Source of the DNA: Methylorubrum extorquens
Lineage (GTDB): Bacteria > Pseudomonadota > Alphaproteobacteria > Rhizobiales > Beijerinckiaceae
Assembly (NCBI GenBank): GCA_900234795.1
Contig: LT962688.1
Coordinates: 5,610,001-5,642,000, forward strand
DNA length: 32,000 nt
Direction: 5' to 3'
Part shown: one piece after another, positions 26,660 to 32,000 of the stretch
Layout: the number at the start of each line of letters is the position of its first letter
Position numbering within the stretch: position 1 is the first letter of the stretch
Made by a program: the position numbers and the translations under genes
Notes under the pieces: model-generated
Seen by the model: the letters and a program-made list of their open reading frames with translations, nothing else
What the model was told of the DNA's origin: nothing
Database searches by the model: none

Positions 26660-26850
26660 CGGGCGCTGGCCCGGCCCGGTAATGACCGAGCTGATGCGGG
26701 TGCTTGATTGGCGGATCATGCGGCCTGCTCCGCCGGCCATCGCACGACGACGCGGCCGCCCTACCGGCCGGTGCGCTGCCGGTGCTGCGCAAGCCTTTCG
26801 CGCTCGGCGACCTGCGGACGGCCGTCGAGCGGCTCCTGGAGGGCCGACCC
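26660..26850 (+). pseudogene. Remnant of a response-regulator receiver domain (C-terminal end only)
   Basis: One frame reads ...LLRRPSHDDAAALPAGALPVLRKPFALGDLRTAVERLLEG, the typical last strand and helix of a receiver domain. There is no intact N-terminus or start, and the surrounding frames are broken. Confidence 0.3.
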
Positions 26851-27291
26851 GGCCGCATCCTCCCATTCCTGCGGACGGACGATGGTGGGGACGGTCGGGC
26901 CCGTGGAACGGCGGGAAGCCGCCGAGACGGCTCTCCCATCCAGGGCCGCGTCGAGGAAGCCGGCTTGCTCCGAACGGCTCCGAAGAGCCGGCCTCACACC
27001 TGGGCAGCCCCCGAACGCCTCCCACGACATGCTGGTATTGTGTTCGCCGCTTACAGGTCCGCTTTCTACTACTGAGCGGACTTCTGGACCAGCACGCTTG
27101 AAAGTCCGCAAGAATTCGGGAGTTCATACCCCATTTGTTCGGCTGTACGCCACGAGCCGACATTGAGTTAGCAGGCGCTGAACCGCAGCTCTCGGCCCTA
27201 CTCGGACCCCTGAAAAGGCTGCTTCAAGGCAGTCTGATTGAGTGGCCCTGAACGACCGAAGCTAATCGATCGTGGCCCGACCTCCTTTTGA

Positions 27292-27867
27292 TCAGTTTGG
27301 GAGCAATCCCGCCTTTTGATAGCTCTCGATCAACGAGTCGAACAAACGTATGTCCGAGCGGCTTCGAGCGATGATCTGTGCCCCAGCAACAGCAGCATAG
27401 ATAGCGCGGGCTCTCGACTCGCTATCTGTTGGCTCAACTAAGCTTGCAGCGACTAGCTGCTTGCTTAGCCAAGCCGCATTAACGTCTGCAAAAGTCTGAA
27501 CCTCCTTCAACACAGGCTCGGGCAACTCGTCATGTTCTGTAGCCATAAAGCTGCTGAGGCATATACGATTATTGCGTTCCAATGATAAGCGAAAAATACC
27601 GGGATACTGCTTCAACGCGTCAATCGGGCTCTGAGTAGACATGGAAATAGACTCAAGGTCGCGCGCTATATCTTCCCAGTAGCGACGCGCTATCGCCTCG
27701 CCGAGGAGAGCCTTGTTGGCGAAATAGTAGTTGATGCTCGCGGCTTTGATGCCGACAGCTTCCGCGAGGTCGCGAAAATTGATGCCGCCGTAGCCATAGG
27801 CCATCGCTGCATCCCTCGCGGCGGCGAGGATTGCCTCCCTTACATTCGCCTTCAACGTTGCTGCCAT
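27292..27867 (-). CDS. TetR/AcrR-family transcriptional regulator
   Basis: The ATG at 27867 follows GGAGGTTGGAG. The HTH is REAILAAARDAAMAYGYGGINFRDLAEAVGIKAASINYYFANKALL. Length is 191 aa. The track ORF extension to 28077 overlaps the divergent GST gene. Confidence 0.85.
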   Translation of the reverse strand: MAATLKANVREAILAAARDAAMAYGYGGINFRDLAEAVGIKAASINYYFANKALLGEAIARRYWEDIARDLESISMSTQSPIDALKQYPGIFRLSLERNNRICLSSFMATEHDELPEPVLKEVQTFADVNAAWLSKQLVAASLVEPTDSESRARAIYAAVAGAQIIARSRSDIRLFDSLIESYQKAGLLPN

Positions 27868-27879
27868 CTCCAACCTCCG

Positions 27880-27950
27880 TCTGCCATATGGCAGACAGGG
27901 GTTGACAGCACAAGGCTTGGGCCGTAGCCCTCTATCTGTCATCTGACAGA
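27880..27950. promoter_or_regulatory. Two related 16-bp palindromes (putative TetR operators) and a TTGACA box in the TetR/GST divergent intergenic region
   Basis: TCTGCCATATGGCAGA (27880-27895) and TCTGTCATCTGACAGA (27935-27950) share the half-site TCTG(C/T)CA. TTGACA (27902-27907) lies between them. Confidence 0.5.
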
Positions 27951-27981
27951 CAGACGACCTTCTTCGGAAAGCGAGACGACA

Positions 27982-28680
27982 ATGTCCGACAAGCTCAAGC
28001 TCTTCACCTCTCCCTCGGCCTTCCCCAACCCGCAGCGCCTGCGGATCTTCATGCACGAGAAGGGTATCGCCGGTCACTTCGACGAGACGATCTATGATAT
28101 GTCACCAGTCGGCGAGCAGCGGGGTTGGAAGCACCTGAAGATGAACGCTTGGGGCGAGACACCGACCCTTGCGCTTGCTGACGGCTCTTACCTCAGCGAG
28201 ACCTCCGCCATCGCCCGCTACCTCGACGACACGTTCGAAGGCCGCAAGATCATGGGCGAGACGGCGCACGAGCGCGGCCTCGATCAGATGTGGGACAACC
28301 GGGTGTGGGTGCACATCCTCTATCCCATCGTCACTGCATTCCATGTCCTGCACCAGGGGCTGGGACCGAAGCTCGAACTGACCAGCAATCCGGCCTGGGG
28401 CGAGCATTCGCGTAAGGTGGCACTGACGCACGCGGGTCTGGTCGACCGACATCTTGCGGACGGGCGGGAATGGCTGCTGGGCGGCAGTCAGCCCACCTTC
28501 TCGGACATCACGCTGGCGACGGCGATCGCTTTCTCCAAGTTCCCGATCAATGCCACCCCGCTCGATGAGCGCTTCGAGCATATCGACGCCTTCTGGCAGC
28601 GCTGGCAGACTCGGCCAACCTTTCTTGCTGCCTACGCCGATAGAAGCAGCGGCGTGCCAGAGATCGACAGCCGCGCTTGA
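27982..28680 (+). CDS. Glutathione S-transferase family protein
   Basis: 232 aa. The N-terminal thioredoxin-like part has ETPTLALADGSYLSETSAIARYLD. The C-terminal helical domain has FSDITLATAIAF. Confidence 0.85.
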   Translation: MSDKLKLFTSPSAFPNPQRLRIFMHEKGIAGHFDETIYDMSPVGEQRGWKHLKMNAWGETPTLALADGSYLSETSAIARYLDDTFEGRKIMGETAHERGLDQMWDNRVWVHILYPIVTAFHVLHQGLGPKLELTSNPAWGEHSRKVALTHAGLVDRHLADGREWLLGGSQPTFSDITLATAIAFSKFPINATPLDERFEHIDAFWQRWQTRPTFLAAYADRSSGVPEIDSRA

Positions 28681-29116
28681 GTATCCTGCAGTGATCTCGG
28701 CGGCTGACTGCTCTTACTTTGAGCCGAGGAGACGATTAAGCCTTATATCTTGGTGCGGAGGGCTTTGATGACCCTCTGCCCAAGAGGGCCCATAGACTGA
28801 TTGAGTGCACGAGGACGAAGGTCCGGTTTTGGGCATCAATCTAGCATCCGCTGTCCACCCTTTGCAGAAGCTGGGAACGTCTGCTTGTGAGATCGTAGGT
28901 TAGCCCGCGACCTATAGGCGGGTTGGGTGGGTTTGCGGCGGTCTGCTTCTGAGTGGGAGTTGTCGAAAGCGGACGCTGCCGGCGCCCCACTCGCCAGCGA
29001 TGCCTGCCGCTCAGGTCATCCGCATGTTGAGCAGCGAACGATAGATTGCAGGAGTAAACTAAGCGGGTACCTATCATTGGCGCTGTTCAAGGTCTGGGTC
29101 TCGGTGGCCTGCCTCC

Positions 29117-29595
29117 TGAACAGTGGTCCTCCTTGAGGTATGGCTTTAAGCAATGTGGAGGACGTTTTGATGCGTCGGAAGAGGCATGCGGCTAAGATTC
29201 CGTCGCCAAGCTGCGTTAGGTCGATGTCTTGGTCTCGCAAGGCCGCAAGGTCGCTGAAGCAATACGGTCCATCGAGGTAACGGAGGTCATGTACGGACGA
29301 ACTCCTCAACGGCGAGGTGTCCTACACCCTCTAGGAAGCCAGAGTCGTGATCGAGCAATGGCGGACGCTCTACACCAGCATTCGGCCGCACGCTTCACTC
29401 GGCTGCCGCCCACCTGCGCCGGAGGTCGTCATTTGCCAACGGAACCGAGCGGCTCAGTGCCGTCCGCTCGCCCTGCCATCGTCACACGACCAACGATGCA
29501 CGAACTTCGAACCTGGGCCACTGGATCGGGATAGGCCACTTAGACCTGATCGGAGCCTTTATCTGTGCGCCGATCAGGAGCCATTGAATGCCTAA
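29117..29595 (+). mobile_element. Degenerate, internally deleted IS3-family element remnant
   Basis: - orfA starts MRRKRHAA (ATG at 29170), then shifts frame to ..VAKLR*VDVLVSQGRKVAEAIRSIEVTEVMYGR (HTH), with stops near 29193 and 29217.
- At about 29296 it jumps directly into the orfB C-terminus DELLNGEVSYTL*EARVVIEQWRTLYTSIRPHASLGCRPPAPEV (TAG at 29332-29334).
- The element ends are not defined. Confidence 0.6.
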
Positions 29596-29959
29596 TGACG
29601 CGAGGTCTCCGGCCTTCGACAGTCTCGCCCCTATCCCGCCGGCAGACTTCGTCGCGGCTTGGCGCACCATCGTCGGTGAGCCTCCCGCTGTCCTGCTTCC
29701 GAGCCGGTCCGAGATGATCCGGATCCTCTTTAAGAGCATGCCGGTTGCGTCAGCTCGCATTGACGAGCCGGCTCCATGCGTATCCCAATAGAGATCTGGC
29801 AGAACCCAAAAATGGAACGGCCACAGGGGCCGGAACGAAGGTGCACGTACATCCGGCGTCACCTTAATCCCGGCATCGTGGCCGCGTCCGATCAAGCGAC
29901 AGGATCGCGATCTGCATGACCCTGCGATGGGGACAGCATAGTTAACAATCAATGAGCGG

Positions 29960-29993
29960 CCCCGCCGCCCGATCTGCTCACGGGCTGGCGGGG
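29960..29993 (-). terminator. Strong hairpin after the small secreted-protein ORF
   Basis: CCCCGCC-GCCCG-atctgctca-CGGGC-t-GGCGGGG forms 12 bp with a one-nucleotide bulge. It lies 16 nt beyond the stop at 30009. On the minus strand it is followed by a T-containing tract, CTCATTGATTGTT. Confidence 0.5.
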
Positions 29994-30008
29994 CGTGTCG
30001 TGCCCCTG

Positions 30009-30290
30009 TTATCGCCTTGGGCCACCAGAGGTCATGCCGTAATTGGGCACATAGCGGTCATTGAGTTCCGCGTTGCCCTCTTTGTCTGAGCGATCGATGC
30101 CGCGGTTCCAATGTGTGCCGATGGAGCCGGTCGTGAGGTCATCGAAGGCGTGCGGTGCCGGCCGATCCGTGAAGAAGCTCGACGGCTTTTCACCTCGGAT
30201 CGTTGAATAGTTCTGAGCAAAGGCAGGCGGTGAGAACGCACTAACGCCCAGAACAAAAGCGGTGATAGCAGAATTGATACGAGTGTTCAT
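30009..30290 (-). CDS. Hypothetical small secreted protein (93 aa)
   Basis: The internal ATG at 30290 gives MNTRINSAITAFVLGVSAFSPPAFA-QNYST..., a clear Sec signal peptide with an AFA cleavage motif. A terminator hairpin lies downstream. I recognise no family and the Shine-Dalgarno sequence is weak. Confidence 0.45.
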   Translation of the reverse strand: MNTRINSAITAFVLGVSAFSPPAFAQNYSTIRGEKPSSFFTDRPAPHAFDDLTTGSIGTHWNRGIDRSDKEGNAELNDRYVPNYGMTSGGPRR

Positions 30291-30530
30291 AGCACAACCC
30301 TGTAAGGCTTGCGCGGTCTCCGTCGAATGGCGGCTGGCCGTGACTTGTTGCGTAGCGGTGAGGTAGGCCTGAACTTTCTGGAATGACGTGCCGTTTGGCA
30401 CTGCACCATCGATGCCTTTCTCCTCATCCGATGTATCGCGACCCCGCAGGTTCTCCAGGTTTTCGTCGGCGGCTGGACCATGATGCTGATCGGCAGGATG
30501 GTGACCCAGGCGCGTGGCGATTGTGAACAT

Positions 30531-30848
30531 CTATCGCCGCCCGCGCCGGCCAGTATCGCCGATGTGCCGCCGCCCTTCCTCTATGGGCCTTGAGGGGCGG
30601 TGGACCTGATACTCGAATTGCGCGATCTCGCCCGCCGCCAGAGGGAGGACACGGACCGGATCGCCGAGTGCGTCCGCATCATCTGAGAGGAGTCGAAACG
30701 CCAGACCGAACTCCTCGGCCTCATTGAGCGCGAGCAAGGGATCGAGAACCGGGCTCATCACCCCGGAACCAGCCGTGAGCCCCTGCTTCGTCGCCATCAC
30801 CCTGGCCAGCATGCTTGCGAGCGGGAAGCCGTCTAAGGACGCCCGCAC
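30531..30848 (-). CDS. Hypothetical ORF (105 aa), possibly a gene fragment
   Basis: This is an open frame only, with no recognisable motif. It is in the same reading frame as ORF 30009..30530 and separated from it by a single TAG (30531-30533). Confidence 0.25.
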   Translation of the reverse strand: MRASLDGFPLASMLARVMATKQGLTAGSGVMSPVLDPLLALNEAEEFGLAFRLLSDDADALGDPVRVLPLAAGEIAQFEYQVHRPSRPIEEGRRHIGDTGRRGRR

Positions 30849-31682
30849 CTACCTCTACATCGGCCCAAGCACGCGCATCACGATCCTGCACTAAAGCGCA
30901 TGAACCTTACATGTATTAATATTTCTTTAGATTTAGCGCGCAATCACCATATTACTATAAACTTATAAGCGATATTTGCATCGACAAGCACCTAATGTGC
31001 TGCAGGCGGGACAGCTGTTTGCGCAATTGATCGACCGATACGGCTCATCGGGGGCGCCGTCATTTGAGCGTTAGACATTGGCACGAGGATGCAGATCAAA
31101 AATAAGTTACGGGTATCGTAAGCGGTCGAACGTGAGGCGGCAGTCCGACCGCTCATAAGTTGTGAGTTATAAGTATATCGTGCGGCGGGTCGGTTGTGGT
31201 TGTTCGTATTGTATCCGGCCTGTCCGGATCCATAGGCCAAGCTTATGCGAGATGGCGGGATCCCATAGGCAGCCACAGAAATCGAATGGCTGCTGTTGGG
31301 TGCCAAACAGCCATTCCGACAGCGGAGATCGAAGTTCCGAAAGTGGCGCGTAGCCGACCAGTCGGCATGCTAACTCCTGACCCATAGCTGACTATTCGCA
31401 TCAACACTTTGAAGGTCTGCTCTTCGGCCTGAAGCAGACGCGTCACGGCCAGTCATAACGTCAGCAGGTGCGGGCAAATTTGCGACCGGATCGTACCCGG
31501 CCCTAAGGCCACGTCACATCCGGGCTAAAGCTTACTCACACCGACGATAGCGTGCGGCCTGCAAGCCGGGCAGTGCCCGCCTGCGTCCAGGACCGGTCGG
31601 GTGCCCAGGCGCACACTTTAGATCGCAAGCTAACGAATTGTTTGGCTTGCCACATCGTTCGAGGCTAGAAGGGACGAGACAT

Positions 31683-31862
31683 CGACGCGCGGGAGAGAGC
31701 CGGCTTGGACCGGCCGCCGAAGGAGCAACCGCCCCGGAAACTCTCAGGCACCCGGACCGCACGTCGTTCAACACTCTGGAAAGCGGAGCGGCAGCTCCCG
31801 CCGATGGTGTAAGGTGTGGCCTCTCCCGAGGCCGCGTTGAAGCTCTCAGGCCGATGACAGAG
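31683..31862 (+). promoter_or_regulatory. Tandem glycine riboswitch (two aptamers)
   Basis: - Aptamer 1 (31683-31768) is GACGCGCG-GGAGAG-..-CGCCGAAGGAGCAA-..-CTCTCAGGC-ACCC-GGAC-CGCACGTC. Its P1 is GACGCGCG/CGCACGTC.
- Aptamer 2 (31774-31862) is CTCTG-GAAAG-..-CGCCGATGGTGTAA-..-CTCTCAGGC-CGAT-GAC-AGAG. Its P1 is CTCTG/CAGAG.
- Both match the conserved glycine aptamer cores GGAGAG, CaCCGAAGGgGCAA and CUCUCAGGCaaaaGGAC. Confidence 0.85.
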
Positions 31863-31933
31863 GGGGCTCGCACGCATGCGGCGTGCGGAGCAACCTTGGA
31901 GGCCTGCGCGATGACGCCCCCATAGCCCGACAC

Positions 31934-31953
31934 GCCGAGCCCTCGGGCTCGGC
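31934..31953 (+). terminator. Hairpin in the riboswitch expression platform
   Basis: The stem is GCCGAGCC / GGCTCGGC (8 bp; 9 if the closing C-G pair forms over a 2-nt loop). It lies 70 nt after aptamer 2. A second 7-bp hairpin, CGCACGC-atgcg-GCGTGCG, is at about 31870-31888. There is no U-tract, so its role is uncertain. Confidence 0.3.
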
Positions 31954-32000
31954 ACATCCTTCCCATTCGCACCGACCGGCTCACACCGTGGGTCGCGGCG

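Noticed and set aside
29482-29952. 156-aa minus-strand ORF, and the 67-aa plus-strand ORF 29588..29791
   Set aside because: The minus ORF has no motif and overlaps the IS3 remnant tail. The plus ORF has a faint resemblance to DUF2924-type recombinase-associated proteins (..FVAAWRTIVGEPPAVLLPSRSEMIRIL..), but that is too weak and short to call a feature.
30992-31446. Overlapping short ORFs (30992..31306-, 31162..31353+, 31167..31385-, 31196..31387+, 31243..31446-) in the AT-rich tract
   Set aside because: They overlap one another in several frames, have unusual composition, show no Shine-Dalgarno sequence and carry no motifs. I treated the tract as non-coding.
31552-31556. GTGCG followed by GC-rich structured sequence, considered as the 5-prime end of a group II intron
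   Set aside because: The downstream conserved blocks match the glycine riboswitch consensus instead. I saw no domain V-like motif or reverse-transcriptase ORF within the window.
31532-31984. ORFs 31532..31984(-), 31638..31925(+) and 31665..31955(-)
   Set aside because: They lie over the glycine riboswitch and its GC-rich leader. The RNA element explains the sequence conservation pattern better than the Arg/Ala/Pro-rich translations do.

Overview
High-G+C alphaproteobacterial chromosomal window. A Rhizobiales or Methylobacterium-like origin is my inference from codon bias and gene content. It splits into four parts.

(1) 1-7503: a Tat-exported, Cys-type formate dehydrogenase locus. It holds the alpha-subunit N-terminus, a small Tat-signal partner and a TorD chaperone. 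These are preceded on the same strand by five tightly coupled genes of unknown function (BPL/LplA-like, two DUF-like, DUF3305, DUF3306). A 679-aa poly-ferredoxin is transcribed divergently. This is my best candidate for an undescribed system.

(2) 7.7-18.6 kb: ordinary housekeeping genes. These are an ABC-2 exporter pair, a hydrolase, an FkbM methyltransferase, sfsA, a frameshifted CinA-like gene, an FNT channel, a long-form dCTP deaminase, apaG, argE and a bestrophin-type channel.

(3) 18.7-22.7 kb: a cluster of CsbD / DUF883-type small stress proteins plus a triple-PAS LuxR regulator. The regulator gene carries an EcfG-type (GGAAC-N16-CGTT) promoter motif.

(4) about 22.9-31.5 kb: a decayed genomic island with visibly lower and patchy G+C.
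- It contains a tyrosine-integrase pseudogene, IS5/IS630/IS3 scraps and a TetR-GST pair with twin palindromic operators.
- It also has a Cys-less MucR/Ros homolog next to a GapR (DUF2312) homolog.
- It ends in orphan small ORFs and an AT-rich non-coding tract.

The window ends with a clear tandem glycine riboswitch (31683-31862) whose regulated gene lies beyond the window. I found no rRNA, tRNA or CRISPR array. All family assignments come from reading the translations and from memory; no database search was run.
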